Below are positions 1 to 10,237 of a stretch of 64,000 nucleotides of DNA, piece by piece. The notes under the pieces were generated by a model that was given only the letters and a program-made list of their open reading frames with translations, was not told where the DNA came from and made no database searches. This DNA comes from an uncultured Actinomycetes bacterium (GTDB taxonomy: Bacteria > Actinomycetota > CADDZG01 > WHSQ01). Position numbers and translations under genes: made by a program. The stretch lies in NCBI GenBank assembly GCA_963849115.1, contig CAWKGK010000004.1, forward strand, positions 49,204 through 113,203, written 5' to 3'. Position 1 is the stretch's first letter. Each line of letters starts with the position of its first letter.

Positions 1-129
1 CCTGCGCGAGCCGACCTAGCCGTCAGCGCCTACGAACAAATCGCAACAATGCTCCATAACTGTTGATTCCCCCACGAATAACCTCATACTCCAAATAACT
101 GGCATATCGGAGAAGCACGAGGGGGAACC

Positions 130-795
130 TTGACGACTGGACTGAAGCTCAAGAAGACGTTTATAGCTGTGGCAGCGGGGGCGATCGCGGCAATGCCTGG
201 ACTGGCGCTGGCCGATCCGCCCGGTAACAACGGCACCGTAAAGATCGACCGCGTGGAGTTCGACACCCACCCCAACAACCAGCCTCACGTCGGCTGTATC
301 TTCCAGGTCGACTTCTACGGCTACGACGAAGGTAACCTCCACGCCGACTACACGTTCCAGCTGGTGCCGCCGACCGCGGACGGCTCCACCGGTGGAAACG
401 TCTTCATCGGCGGGGACAGTGCCGGTGGGGGCACCGACCTCGACGCCGAGGTCACGGTCGATCTCAGCTCGTTGATCAACTCGTCGGGAGTCGATCCTCA
501 CCCCATCCAGGGTCATCACGTGAAGCTGACGGTTAATGCAGAGGGCTCTCAGGGGGCCGACGTCAAGCACAAGGTCTTCTGGGTGGAAGGCTGCGGAGAG
601 CCGAACGGCTCCGCCGATCTTCCCCCACAGGGTGAGACCCAGACACTCGACGGTGACGCCACCTCCTACCTGGCGCCGGAGGAGACCAAGCTCGACGGGC
701 CCCTCGCACTTGCGCTGCTGGGTGGAATGGCCGCGGTCTTCCTGATCACCCGCAAGCTCGCCGGGAAGCTGGTCGGCGCCAACTCAGACCACTAA
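130..795 (+). CDS. hypothetical secreted protein with C-terminal membrane anchor
   Basis: TTG start preceded by GAGGGGGAA. The N-terminus KKTFIAVAAGAIAAMPGLALA looks like a signal peptide. The C-terminus LALALLGGMAAVFLITRKLAGK is a hydrophobic helix plus basic tail, a sortase-substrate-like layout, but I see no canonical LPXTG/LAXTG. Confidence 0.6.
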   Translation: MTTGLKLKKTFIAVAAGAIAAMPGLALADPPGNNGTVKIDRVEFDTHPNNQPHVGCIFQVDFYGYDEGNLHADYTFQLVPPTADGSTGGNVFIGGDSAGGGTDLDAEVTVDLSSLINSSGVDPHPIQGHHVKLTVNAEGSQGADVKHKVFWVEGCGEPNGSADLPPQGETQTLDGDATSYLAPEETKLDGPLALALLGGMAAVFLITRKLAGKLVGANSDH

Positions 796-817
796 CCGAC
801 CGGATCGACCAGTTTCT

Positions 818-1744
818 TCAGGGGGCCCCTCCGGGGGCCTCCTGCTTTTCCATGTAGCGCAGGTAGCCCCAGGTGTTCATCCAGGTAGATGTGGTTGCCT
901 CGACCCGGTCGGCAACCCCCTCGGAGAGCCTGGCCTCGAGTTCGGCCCGGGCCCTCTTCGCCACATACGCGGTGGCCGAGTCGAGGTCGTCGGCGCCCTC
1001 CGAGCGCGCCGCCTGTACCCACGCGCCCCACCGTCGCAAACCGTCAATGGCTTCTTCGCAGACCGCCGCCACACTGCCTCCACCCCCGTCGTCGTGGCGA
1101 GAGAAGTGGGTCAGCCACATCGCGGTGGCCCCAAGCTTGCTGATGCGAGTGATCGATTCAACCGCCTTCTCGAGATGGAACTCGGGCGGTGGAGTGGCGG
1201 GGCGGACGATACCGGCATCGCCCAGGCGAACCCCGAGCGCATCGCCGACGAAGACGGTTCCCGAGAGATCGTCGAAGAAAGCGTGGTGATGATAAGCGTG
1301 ACCCGGTGTCTCGACTGCGGTGAGTGTGCGCCCGCCGAGGTCGATCGAGTCGCCGTCCTCCAGCACGTGGATACGGTCGGCCGCAAGGGCATCGATGCCG
1401 CCCCACATCCGCGTCATGTCGTCGCCGTAGATACGGGCCGCGCTCGTCCACAGCTTGGAAGGGTCAATGAGATGAGGAGCGCCGATCGGATGGACGGCCA
1501 CCCTAGCCTGAGGAAAACGCTGTGCCAAGCTCCCCGCGGCGCCGGCATGGTCGAGATGGATGTGGGTGACGAGAATCCAATCCAGAGAGGACACTCCGCA
1601 AGCCTCGAGTCCCGACAGCACGTGTTCGAGCGACGACTTCGGTCCGGTCTCGATCAGCGCCGTTTGCTCGCCTCGAATCACATAGGTCGCCGTGATACCC
1701 GCCAAACCCAGCATGTGGGTGTCGATGACGTCAATTTCGCTCAC
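818..1744 (-). CDS. MBL-fold metallo-hydrolase
   Basis: HxHxDH motif (THIHLDHAG). The track ORF 818..1852 is trimmed to the GTG at 1744 (alternative ATG at 1714) so it does not overlap the divergent kinase gene. Confidence 0.75.
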   Translation of the reverse strand: MSEIDVIDTHMLGLAGITATYVIRGEQTALIETGPKSSLEHVLSGLEACGVSSLDWILVTHIHLDHAGAAGSLAQRFPQARVAVHPIGAPHLIDPSKLWTSAARIYGDDMTRMWGGIDALAADRIHVLEDGDSIDLGGRTLTAVETPGHAYHHHAFFDDLSGTVFVGDALGVRLGDAGIVRPATPPPEFHLEKAVESITRISKLGATAMWLTHFSRHDDGGGGSVAAVCEEAIDGLRRWGAWVQAARSEGADDLDSATAYVAKRARAELEARLSEGVADRVEATTSTWMNTWGYLRYMEKQEAPGGAP

Positions 1745-1793
1745 TCGCCGGCTCCGTCTCTGTGCCCTTGGTTTCGCCGCTTCGGAGGGTAGC

Positions 1794-2726
1794 GTGTTGG
1801 CAATGGCCCCCCTTTCAGCCCGTCCACCTGCGGTGGTGATCATCAATCCCAACGCCGGTCGTTTCGCTGCGGGCCGGCTGAGAAAGGACGTGATCGCGCA
1901 TCTCAGGGCGCGTTTTAGCGTCGACGCCTACTCCACAACGGACCGGGACACCGGCATCACGATCGCCGCAGAGGCAGCCGAGGCCGGAGCAGAACTGGTA
2001 ATTGCCTTCGGGGGTGACGGGCACGTCAATGAAGTCGCCAACGGGCTCGCCGGCGCCGCCTCGCCCCTCGCCATCGTCCCGGGCGGGACGATGAACGTGT
2101 TCGCCCGCGCCCTCGGCGTGCCGCTTGACCCCTTCCAGGCCGTCGATCAACTTCTGAAGAACATCGCTACGCCCGCTATCAAGGTGCCGCTGGGGCGCAT
2201 GAACGAGCGCTACTTCACCTTCTCGGCAGGCTGCGGGTTCGATGCGGAGGCGGCAGAGCGAGTTGAACGCTACGTACCGGCAAAACGGCGCTTCGGGGAG
2301 GTGTGGTTCTACTGGAGCGCCTTCAGAGTTCTGGCCGGCAGCCATCGCCACCGGCGTCCGCAGATGACGCTCTCCGGCGACTTCGGTCAAATACCGGTTT
2401 CGATGGCGATCGCGTGTAACGCGGGGCCCTACGCGTATATCGGCAACAGACCGGTGATGATCGCACCCGAGGTCAACCTGCACGGGGGAATAGACGTGTT
2501 CGCCCTCAAGACCATGCGTATCGAGGCGCTGCCGCTCTATGCCTGGCGTGTGATGGTTTCGAAAGACCTCATTCATCATCGCGACGTCCTCTATCATCAG
2601 GGCCTCCACTCGTTCGAGCTGAGCTCGGAATCTCCCTTCGCCCGCCATGTGGACGGTGAGCCGCTGCCACCCGCTCGTATCGCTCGCTTCGAGCTCGCCT
2701 CCGGAATCCTGAATGTCAAGACTTGA
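1794..2726 (+). CDS. diacylglycerol/lipid kinase family protein (YegS/DagK-like)
   Basis: Motifs VVIINPNAGRF, AFGGDGHVNEVANGL and PGGTMNVFARALG. GTG at 1794 has GGAGGG 5 nt upstream; alternative ATG at 1803. Confidence 0.8.
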   Translation: MLAMAPLSARPPAVVIINPNAGRFAAGRLRKDVIAHLRARFSVDAYSTTDRDTGITIAAEAAEAGAELVIAFGGDGHVNEVANGLAGAASPLAIVPGGTMNVFARALGVPLDPFQAVDQLLKNIATPAIKVPLGRMNERYFTFSAGCGFDAEAAERVERYVPAKRRFGEVWFYWSAFRVLAGSHRHRRPQMTLSGDFGQIPVSMAIACNAGPYAYIGNRPVMIAPEVNLHGGIDVFALKTMRIEALPLYAWRVMVSKDLIHHRDVLYHQGLHSFELSSESPFARHVDGEPLPPARIARFELASGILNVKT

Positions 2727-2744
2727 AGAAGTGACCTTGTCTCG

Positions 2745-3272
2745 ATGACCATCGTGGTGCTCGGTGCGTCTGGGGAGTTGGGGGCCGCAGTCGTGAATCT
2801 GCTTCTCGAGGCGGGCGACGATGTCGGGGTGATCGAGCCCTCACCCGAACGCGCAGAGCTTTGGCGGCGCGCCGGAGCTCACGTGGCCCCCGGCAGCTCG
2901 AGCGATGCGGACCTCATCGAACGAGCGGCACAAGACGCACGTACGCTTGTGGTCCTCGGCGCGGATCGGGACGTCTTGAACGCCGCCGTAGAGGGGGCCC
3001 GCTTCGCAGGGGTCGAGCGAATCGTCGTCACGTGGCGCCGCAGCAACCCAGAGTCGATCGCTCTGCTTCGCGCGAGCGGACTCGATTACGTGGTGCTCGA
3101 AACCGCACTCCGCCTGCTGGGTGCCACTTCACCCGAAGACGTGGGGCGCGCCGTGGACGCGGCCGACGATCTGCCCGGCCGGCCACGGCTCGAGCTGTCC
3201 CTGAGGAGCACGAAGGCGTGGCACGAGCTGCGGCTGGAACCGCCGCCGGGCCGGAGCGGCGCTCACTCCTAA
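2745..3272 (+). CDS. NAD(P)-binding (NmrA/SDR-like) domain protein
   Basis: N-terminal Rossmann motif MTIVVLGASGELGAAVV. Confidence 0.6.
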   Translation: MTIVVLGASGELGAAVVNLLLEAGDDVGVIEPSPERAELWRRAGAHVAPGSSSDADLIERAAQDARTLVVLGADRDVLNAAVEGARFAGVERIVVTWRRSNPESIALLRASGLDYVVLETALRLLGATSPEDVGRAVDAADDLPGRPRLELSLRSTKAWHELRLEPPPGRSGAHS

Positions 3273-4501
3273 CGCAACGGGTGGAACACGAGGCCGGTCA
3301 CCGCTTTGGGCCAGAAGTAGCTCGCCTTCTGCGGCATCCTCTTGGCTTCGCGGGCGACTTCGACCACCGCCACGGCCTCCAACGGTTTCATGAGCACTCC
3401 GAAGCTGAACGAGTCCTCGGCCACGAGCCGTCTTATTTCCGCCTCCTCGGAGGAAAACCGCATCGTGTCGATCCCCTCGGGCAGCAGCAGGGGCAGTATC
3501 GCCTCGTGCAGTGCCACCACATCGAGGCAGCGCCACGCCTGAGGCTGATCTCCGAGGGCTCTGGCGACAAGCTCCTCGTCTACCTCCAACAACAACTCCG
3601 AGCCGGGCACGATCACGAGGAAGGCGTGATCGGCGGCCGAGTGTTCGAACACGCGCTCGGCAACTGCCCGATCGAGCTCCTTGGCCCCGAAGTCTTCGAT
3701 CAAGCGGGTGCGCACTGCGCCGTCTGAAACCGAAGCCTGGAAGGCGCGGTGATATGGGAGCACGTTGAGATCCTCGACGTCGGCGTCGGCGCAGAAACAC
3801 ATCACCGCGCTCGCTTCCGTACTTCCGCCCGACTCCTTGGCATACTCGAGCGCGGTTTCATAGCGGTGGTGTCCGTCGGCGATCACCAGAGGGCCGGGGC
3901 GGACCGCGGCCGAAAGAACCTCGATCTCGGCGGCAGCCCGCACCACCCACATGCGGTGAAGCGTGCCGGACTCGTCCTGCAGCCGGGCCTCTGGGGGTCT
4001 CTGGGTGAGCGAGTCGAGAAAGGGGGCCAGCTCTCCCTTGCCGCGGTAGATGGCGTAGATCGGAGAGATGTTGACCGGACACGCCCGCAACAGTGCAAGA
4101 CGGTCTTCAATGGGCCCCGGCATGGTCCGTTCATGGGGCAGGATGCCGCTTTCTTCGCCGAGCTCTTGAAGCCGCAGCGCACCGATCACGCCGGTCACTC
4201 GCTTGGGCGCCCCGTTGCGGGTGAAGTCTTGGCGGTAGACATAAAGGCAGGGTTGCTCGTCGGGGACGAGCACGCCGTCTTCCAGCCATGAGTCGAACTG
4301 CACCGCTGCCTTTCGGTAACGGTCATCCGGGTCGTGGGTCTCCGAGAAGGGCAGTTCGATCCTCACCGCATTGTGAGGATGGCGTTCGTGCAGCTTTCTC
4401 TGCGCCTCCTCGGAGATGACGTCGAAGGGCGGGCAGACGATGTCCGAGAGCTCTTGCGAGCGCGCATAGCGGACGCCGCGAAACGGCCCAAGGTCGGGCA
4501 T
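3269..4501 (-). CDS. DUF1015 family protein
   Basis: N-terminal PFRGVRY...CPPFDVIS and an internal ILPHERT...DRL pattern, as I remember for DUF1015. Confidence 0.7.
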   Translation of the reverse strand: MPDLGPFRGVRYARSQELSDIVCPPFDVISEEAQRKLHERHPHNAVRIELPFSETHDPDDRYRKAAVQFDSWLEDGVLVPDEQPCLYVYRQDFTRNGAPKRVTGVIGALRLQELGEESGILPHERTMPGPIEDRLALLRACPVNISPIYAIYRGKGELAPFLDSLTQRPPEARLQDESGTLHRMWVVRAAAEIEVLSAAVRPGPLVIADGHHRYETALEYAKESGGSTEASAVMCFCADADVEDLNVLPYHRAFQASVSDGAVRTRLIEDFGAKELDRAVAERVFEHSAADHAFLVIVPGSELLLEVDEELVARALGDQPQAWRCLDVVALHEAILPLLLPEGIDTMRFSSEEAEIRRLVAEDSFSFGVLMKPLEAVAVVEVAREAKRMPQKASYFWPKAVTGLVFHPLR

Positions 4502-4510
4502 TGCGTACCG

Positions 4511-5896
4511 CTATCCGGCCGGTTGAGGTTGTGGAGGAAGGGTGCTCAAGGACGCTTCCAGCGCCTCGTCGGTCAGCGTGAAGTCCTCGAGCCCGCCGGC
4601 GAGGAACGCCTCGTAGGCGCTCATGTCGAAGTGACCGTGCCCGCAGAGATTGAACAGGATTACTCGCTCCTCATCTGCCGCATGAGCCTGCAAGGCCTCG
4701 TCGATGGCCGCTCGGACCGCGTGAGCAGGCTCCGGACCAGGGATGAATCCCTCGGTGCGAGCGAACTGCACGGCCGCCTCGAACACCGGTACCTGCCCAT
4801 AGGCGCGCGCCTCGTACACCCCTTGATGCACAAGGGCGCACATCAACGGAGCATCACCATGGTAGCGGAGCCCGCCGGCGTGAACCGGCGCCGGAACGAA
4901 GTCGTGGCCGAGCGTGTACATCGGCATGAGTGGAGTGGTGCCGGCGGTGTCGCCGAAGTCATACGCGTAGGTGCCGCGCGTAAGCGTGGGGCAAGCCTCG
5001 GGCTCCACGGCGACAAACCGTGTGTGCGCATCGCCTCGTAGAACATCCGCTGCGAAGGGATAGGACAGGCCTGCGTAGTTGGAGCCGCCTCCGACGCAGC
5101 CGATGACAACATCGGGTATGTCCTCGAACAGCTCCATCTGCTTCTTGGCTTCGAGTCCGATGACGGTCTGGTGAAGACATACGTGGTTGAGGACGGAGCC
5201 GAGCGCGTAATTTGTGTTGGGATCTTGAGCTGCGATCTCCACGGCCTCAGAGATGGCGATGCCGAGGGAGCCGGTGGAGGTGGGATCGGCGGCAAGCACG
5301 TTGCGTCCGGCCGACGTCTCCTCCGACGGAGAGGCGTGGACTTTGGCCCCCCACGTCTCCATTAGAACGCGGCGGTAGGGCTTCTGGTCGTAAGACACCT
5401 TGACCATGAACACGAGGCACTCGAGCCCGAAGGCGGTGCATGCGTAAGCAAGCGCAGATCCCCACTGACCGGCCCCCGTTTCCGTCGCAAGGCGAGTGAT
5501 GCCGGCCTGCTTATTGAAGTAGGCCTGCGGCACCGCCGTGTTGGGCTTGTGGGATCCGGCCGGCGAGGTTCCCTCCCACTTGTAGTAGATGCGCTGCTTG
5601 TTGGACAACCCCAACGACGCTTCGAGGCGGTGAGCCCGATGCAGGGGAGAGGGCCTCCACTGACGGTAGACATCGAGCACCGCTCCGGGGATGTCGATGT
5701 AACGCTCGGAGGAAACCTCCTGTGCGATGAGTGACTCGGGAAACAGCGGGGCAAGATCGGCGGGCCCCACCGGCTGCATCGTCCCGGGATGGAGCGGGGG
5801 CATGGGATCGCCCGGCAGATCCACGAGCAGGTTGTACCAGGCGGTGGGAATGTCCTGCTCCTGCAACAGGGCTTTGGTGATGTCCACTCTGGGCAT
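4511..5896 (-). CDS. TrpB-like PLP-dependent enzyme (tryptophan synthase beta chain 2 type)
   Basis: 461-aa long-form TrpB2-type sequence with PTAWYN..., AGSHKPNTA (PLP lysine region) and GGGSN. No other trp genes are adjacent. Confidence 0.8.
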   Translation of the reverse strand: MPRVDITKALLQEQDIPTAWYNLLVDLPGDPMPPLHPGTMQPVGPADLAPLFPESLIAQEVSSERYIDIPGAVLDVYRQWRPSPLHRAHRLEASLGLSNKQRIYYKWEGTSPAGSHKPNTAVPQAYFNKQAGITRLATETGAGQWGSALAYACTAFGLECLVFMVKVSYDQKPYRRVLMETWGAKVHASPSEETSAGRNVLAADPTSTGSLGIAISEAVEIAAQDPNTNYALGSVLNHVCLHQTVIGLEAKKQMELFEDIPDVVIGCVGGGSNYAGLSYPFAADVLRGDAHTRFVAVEPEACPTLTRGTYAYDFGDTAGTTPLMPMYTLGHDFVPAPVHAGGLRYHGDAPLMCALVHQGVYEARAYGQVPVFEAAVQFARTEGFIPGPEPAHAVRAAIDEALQAHAADEERVILFNLCGHGHFDMSAYEAFLAGGLEDFTLTDEALEASLSTLPPQPQPAG

Positions 5897-6009
5897 CGCT
5901 GCTCTCTCCTCGATCGGGGCCTCAGGCGATGCACCCTAACGGGGTGGGTCGCATCGGAGCTCCGCCCGGGACCCCGCGCCACAAGCCGCCCAGCATCTTG
6001 TGGGGAACC

Positions 6010-6807
6010 TCAGGGGCCGCCGCCGGTGGAGTTGATCACCTGCCCGGTGATCCAGCGAGCGTCGTCCGAGCACAGCCATGCGATCAGCCGGGCAGCGTCG
6101 TCGGGCTCGCCCCACCGACCCTGGGGTTCGAGGTCGAGCACTTCCTGCCTCAGCTCGTCGTCGGCATAGCCGGTGTCGGTGGCCCCGGGGTTGATCGTGT
6201 TCACGGTGATGCCGCGCGGCGCCAGGTGCGCCGCGAGGCTCGCGGTGACCTGGTGGAGGGCGCCCTTGGATGCGATGTAAGGGAGCTCTGAGGGCATAGG
6301 GGAGAGATGCTGGCCCGAGGTCATCATGAGTACCCGGCCCCCGCTTCGCCCGTCGTGCCGGCGCACGAACTCTTTGACCAGCAGCAGGGTTGCACGGGTG
6401 TTGATTTGGAAGGTCAGGTCGAGCTCGGCGGCGGTGATCTCCTCCAGCGACAGGGAACTAGAACGTGCGTGGTTGCAAACGAGGATGTCGACGTGCCCGA
6501 ATCTCGACGCAGCCCAGGCCATTACCACCTCTGGAGCAGCGTCGTCGGCGAAGTCTGCCTCGACGTGGGCGACAGACGCTCCGCCGGAGCGGAGCTCCTC
6601 CACCAACGAGTCCACGCCCGCCGAATCCGCACCCCAGGGCTGCTCTCGGTCGTGCGGAGCCCACGAGTGGAGCGCCACCGCGGCTCCCCCGGACAACAGC
6701 CTCCGGGCAACTGCGAAACCGATCCCGGCCCGGCGGCTGACTCCGGTCACGACCGCCACTCGTCCCTGGAGAGATCCCACGGCATCAAGTTTAGGATCAC
6801 CGCTCAC
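6010..6807 (-). CDS. SDR family oxidoreductase
   Basis: [16 protein letters not shown] cofactor motif and a YIASKGAL catalytic YxxxK. GTG at 6807, or GTG at 6780. The rest of the 418-aa track ORF is antisense to the AKR gene. Confidence 0.8.
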   Translation of the reverse strand: MSGDPKLDAVGSLQGRVAVVTGVSRRAGIGFAVARRLLSGGAAVALHSWAPHDREQPWGADSAGVDSLVEELRSGGASVAHVEADFADDAAPEVVMAWAASRFGHVDILVCNHARSSSLSLEEITAAELDLTFQINTRATLLLVKEFVRRHDGRSGGRVLMMTSGQHLSPMPSELPYIASKGALHQVTASLAAHLAPRGITVNTINPGATDTGYADDELRQEVLDLEPQGRWGEPDDAARLIAWLCSDDARWITGQVINSTGGGP

Positions 6808-6828
6808 AAATCGATTAAGGAGACTAGC

Positions 6829-7704
6829 ATGGAGAAGAGGCGGCTGGGACGCAACGGGCACATGAGCTCGGTGCTCATCTACGGAGGCGCGGCCCTGTCC
6901 GAGGTGGACCAGGGAACGGCCGACGAATCGATCGCCCTGGCGCTCGATGCAGGCATCAATCACTTCGATGTAGCAGCCTCCTACGGCGACGCCGAGCTTC
7001 GCTACGGCCCGTGGATGAAGGACATCCGCGATCGCATTTTCCTGTCGACCAAGACGGAGGAGCGCAGCAAACAGGGGGCCGCTCAAGAGATCCACCGCTC
7101 GCTCGAGCGCCTGCAGGTAGACAATGTCGACCTGCTGCAACTTCACGCGGTCAATAACATCTCGGAGCTCGACAAGGCGACCGCAAAGGGAGGCGCCCTG
7201 GAGGCCGCCATCGAGGCGAAGGAGCAGGGCTTGATCCGGGCCGTCGGGATTACCGGCCACTCTCACTCAGCGCCGTCCACCCATCGCGAAGCCCTTCGGC
7301 GATACCCCTTCGAGACTGTGCTCACGCCGCTCAACTACCTGCTCTATTCGAACCAGGAATACCGGCGGGACTACGAGGACCTGGTCGGGGAGGTAGAGCG
7401 TCAGGATGCCGGCCTCATGATCATCAAAGCGATTGCCAGAAATCTGTGGCGAGAGGGCGAGCAACGCTACGCCACCTGGTACGAGCCGTTCGAGCAGCAG
7501 GAGCACATCGACGCCGCCGTCGATTTCGTGCTGGCGCGGCCCGAGGTCGCCGGGTTGTGCGTGGCCGGCGACGTACGCCTGCTGCCGAAGATCATCACCG
7601 CCGAGAAGCAACGCCGGGCCGGAAACCCCAGCGAGGTGCTGGAGGATGTCGGAGATTACGCGACGCCGTTCGCCCCGGCCCCCGGCCGCGTCGGCCCTCT
7701 CTAG
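6829..7704 (+). CDS. aldo/keto reductase
   Basis: ATG at 6829 with AAGGAG 7 nt upstream. AKR-like N-terminus (LGRNG..., [14 protein letters not shown]). Confidence 0.8.
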   Translation: MEKRRLGRNGHMSSVLIYGGAALSEVDQGTADESIALALDAGINHFDVAASYGDAELRYGPWMKDIRDRIFLSTKTEERSKQGAAQEIHRSLERLQVDNVDLLQLHAVNNISELDKATAKGGALEAAIEAKEQGLIRAVGITGHSHSAPSTHREALRRYPFETVLTPLNYLLYSNQEYRRDYEDLVGEVERQDAGLMIIKAIARNLWREGEQRYATWYEPFEQQEHIDAAVDFVLARPEVAGLCVAGDVRLLPKIITAEKQRRAGNPSEVLEDVGDYATPFAPAPGRVGPL

Positions 7705-7708
7705 AGTC

Positions 7709-8530
7709 ATGGAGCAGTATCTCGCCGCCAACCGTGCACTGTGGGACGAGTGGACGGCCATCCACGAGCACTCGAGCTTCTACGACGTCGAGGGCTTCAA
7801 GCGGGGCGGCATCCGTCTGCGCGAATACGAGCTCGCTGAACTCGGCGAAGTGAACGGCAAGGACTTGCTTCACCTCCAATGCCACTTCGGGCTCGACACC
7901 CTCTCCTTCTCCCGGCTCGGCGCACACCCGACCGGCGCCGACTTCTCCGCCGACGCGATCTCGCTTGCTCGATCTCTTGCCGACGAGCTAGAGCTTCGGG
8001 CCAACTTCATCTGCTCCGATCTCTACGACCTGCCCGCCGCTCTGCCGGGCGACTTCGACATCGTCTACACCTCGCGGGGAGTCCTCGGTTGGCTTCCGGA
8101 CATTTGGGCATGGGCGAAGGTAGTCAGGCACTTTCTGCGCCCGGGCGGCGTCTTCTACATCACCGAGAAGCATCCCTTCGCGGATGTGTTCGACGACGAC
8201 ATCCCGTTCAAGGTCAACTACGACTACTTCGGCGGTAAGGAGCCGCAGCGGTTCGAGACCCAGGGCAGTTACGCCGACCCCGAAGCTCACATTGAGCAAC
8301 CCTACGAATACGGATGGTGGCATCCGCTCTCGAACATCATCAGCGCGCTGACATCGCAGGGTTTGCGGATCGACTTCCTCCACGAGTGGCCTTTCTGCGA
8401 ATGGGAGCTGGCCGGGCTCGATCTCAATCTCGAAGACGGCACCTGGCGCCAACCCAAAGGGGAACCGAAGCTGCCGTTGTTCTTCTCGCTACGAGCGACC
8501 AAGCCTGAGGGTTCCTCACCAAGCGGCTAA
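7709..8530 (+). CDS. class I SAM-dependent methyltransferase
   Basis: ATG at 7709. DLLHLQCHFGLDTLSFSRLGA resembles motif I, with a downstream FDIVYTS. Confidence 0.7.
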   Translation: MEQYLAANRALWDEWTAIHEHSSFYDVEGFKRGGIRLREYELAELGEVNGKDLLHLQCHFGLDTLSFSRLGAHPTGADFSADAISLARSLADELELRANFICSDLYDLPAALPGDFDIVYTSRGVLGWLPDIWAWAKVVRHFLRPGGVFYITEKHPFADVFDDDIPFKVNYDYFGGKEPQRFETQGSYADPEAHIEQPYEYGWWHPLSNIISALTSQGLRIDFLHEWPFCEWELAGLDLNLEDGTWRQPKGEPKLPLFFSLRATKPEGSSPSG

Positions 8531-8536
8531 CATTGG

Positions 8537-9136
8537 GTGATGAAAAGACTCATCGTGGTTCTCGCCATCTTCGTCGGTCTCGCGCCCGCCCCCTTAGGGG
8601 CCGCCACCAAGGGTGTCAAGGTCAAAGACAACTTCTTCCAGCCGGCCAACGTGGGCGCGAGAGTGGGGGACTTCGTTCACTGGACCAGGGCGGCAGACTC
8701 CTTCGGAAGTCACAACATCCACGGGGAGAGAAACCTGTTTCACTCCGGGCCGGTGACCATGGGCTCCATCAATTTCAAAGTCCGCTTCTCCGCGGGCAAC
8801 TTCTACTACCGTTGCGACTTCCACGGGGGCGCAAACATGGAGGGCTTTGTTCGAGTGCCGCCCAGTGTGACGGGGGCCCCCAGCGGCCTGCCCTTCACGG
8901 TCCGCTGGGCCACAGGTAAGACAAAGACGGGGGGCAGGTACGCAGTCCAATACCGGGCCGGCTCGAGCAAGACGTGGCGCACCTGGAAGCCCGACACCAT
9001 CACGGTCTCGGGAGTCTTCGGCAAGAGCAAGAAGCCGGTCGCGGTGGTCAACGGAAAAAAGTACTCGTTCAGGGCACGCTCGAAGAACAAGAAGGGGCCC
9101 AGCCACTGGTCCCCGACGCGCACCTTCCGCGCCTAG
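8537..9136 (+). CDS. secreted cupredoxin (type-1 copper) protein with FN3-like C-terminal domain
   Basis: Signal peptide KRLIVVLAIFVGLAPAPLGA. Copper ligands HNIH ... YYRCDFHGGANMEG (C-x2-H-x4-M). Confidence 0.75.
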   Translation: MMKRLIVVLAIFVGLAPAPLGAATKGVKVKDNFFQPANVGARVGDFVHWTRAADSFGSHNIHGERNLFHSGPVTMGSINFKVRFSAGNFYYRCDFHGGANMEGFVRVPPSVTGAPSGLPFTVRWATGKTKTGGRYAVQYRAGSSKTWRTWKPDTITVSGVFGKSKKPVAVVNGKKYSFRARSKNKKGPSHWSPTRTFRA

Positions 9137-9195
9137 CCGCTCACGATCTTCTCACGCTCAGCCCCGGTTAGCGGGGGTGGCGTTGACAAGTGCGC

Positions 9196-10230
9196 TCAAT
9201 GGCTGCCTTGGTGGGTAGAGCCGTGGTGCTGCCAGGCTTCCAGGGCGCCCCGCGCCGCCTCGGTGAGACGGCCTGCCGCGTCGCGCACCAGGAACAGGCC
9301 CGTCATTCCGACATCCGAATGCCCCTGCACATGGCAGTGGTACATCCACGCGCCCGGGCCCACGCCCTCCCCGGCGATGATCTGGAAGCCGAACGAGTCG
9401 GCAGGCCCGCTCGTGCGGTTATCGATCACCTGCACCGGATCGTCGGGCGAGGCCGGGATCCCGGTGCGGTTGTCGGCCCAGCGGTGGCCATGCAGGTGGA
9501 AAGTGTGGAAGAGGTCGCCGTGGGTGATGACGACGAACTCGACTCGTTCCCCCTCGTTCGCCCTGAACAACGGAGTGCGCGGAGCCTCCTTCAGGTTGAT
9601 CCGAGCACCGGGCCCCATCACCACCACGAAGGGATTGCGATCGGGAACGGGATCTCCGGAACGCCGCACGATGAAGGCACCGAACAGGCCGGCGTTGATG
9701 CCGCCGGTGCCGTGGGGTGAGCCGCTGCAGTGATCGTGGTAGTGCCAGTACCCTGCGCTGCCCGCCTCGACGGTGCCGTCGCCGCGCGCGGAGGCTTCGT
9801 GCGTGCTGAAGAAGTACGTGCGAGAGCCGCCGGGTTTGGTGCAGCTCGAATTCAGCCGGGTCCCGTCGGATGCGACGGTGTAGTCGACTCCGTGAGAGTG
9901 GACGCTAACGCGCTTGGTGGTCCGGTTCACGAGCCTTACCGCGAGACATTCGCCCTCCTCCATCTCGAGCGTAGGGCCGGGGATGCTCACCGTCGCCGGA
10001 GAAAAGCCGTAGCCCACGCGCCGAGGTGCTAGACGCTTCGCGTACAGGGTCACCGAGCGGTCGGGGTTGTCGCACGCTTGCGGCGCAACGACCTGCTGGG
10101 CCCCGGTGGATACCGAGCCGAGCAGCGCGGCGACCATCACGGAGGCGGTCACCACCGCAGCCCCGCGGTGCACGAAACCTCTTCGCGGCGGCGACGGCCC
10201 CCCGAGGGGCCGTCGCCTGGGAGTGATCAA
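9196..10230 (-). CDS. two-domain multicopper oxidase (small laccase/SLAC-like) with Tat-type signal
   Basis: All four MCO copper motifs are present: HSHG, WHYHDH, HTFHLHGH and HCHVQGHSDVGM. Length is 344 aa. N-terminal RRGFVHRGAAVV is a twin-arginine-like motif. Confidence 0.85.
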   Translation of the reverse strand: MITPRRRPLGGPSPPRRGFVHRGAAVVTASVMVAALLGSVSTGAQQVVAPQACDNPDRSVTLYAKRLAPRRVGYGFSPATVSIPGPTLEMEEGECLAVRLVNRTTKRVSVHSHGVDYTVASDGTRLNSSCTKPGGSRTYFFSTHEASARGDGTVEAGSAGYWHYHDHCSGSPHGTGGINAGLFGAFIVRRSGDPVPDRNPFVVVMGPGARINLKEAPRTPLFRANEGERVEFVVITHGDLFHTFHLHGHRWADNRTGIPASPDDPVQVIDNRTSGPADSFGFQIIAGEGVGPGAWMYHCHVQGHSDVGMTGLFLVRDAAGRLTEAARGALEAWQHHGSTHQGSH

Positions 10231-10237
10231 CGCCCTT

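Noticed and set aside
516-524. parS-like core TCACGTGAA
   Set aside because: Only about 10 of 16 positions match the TGTTTCACGTGAAACA consensus, and it lies inside a CDS. I found no better parS candidate in a manual scan of all CACGTG cores.
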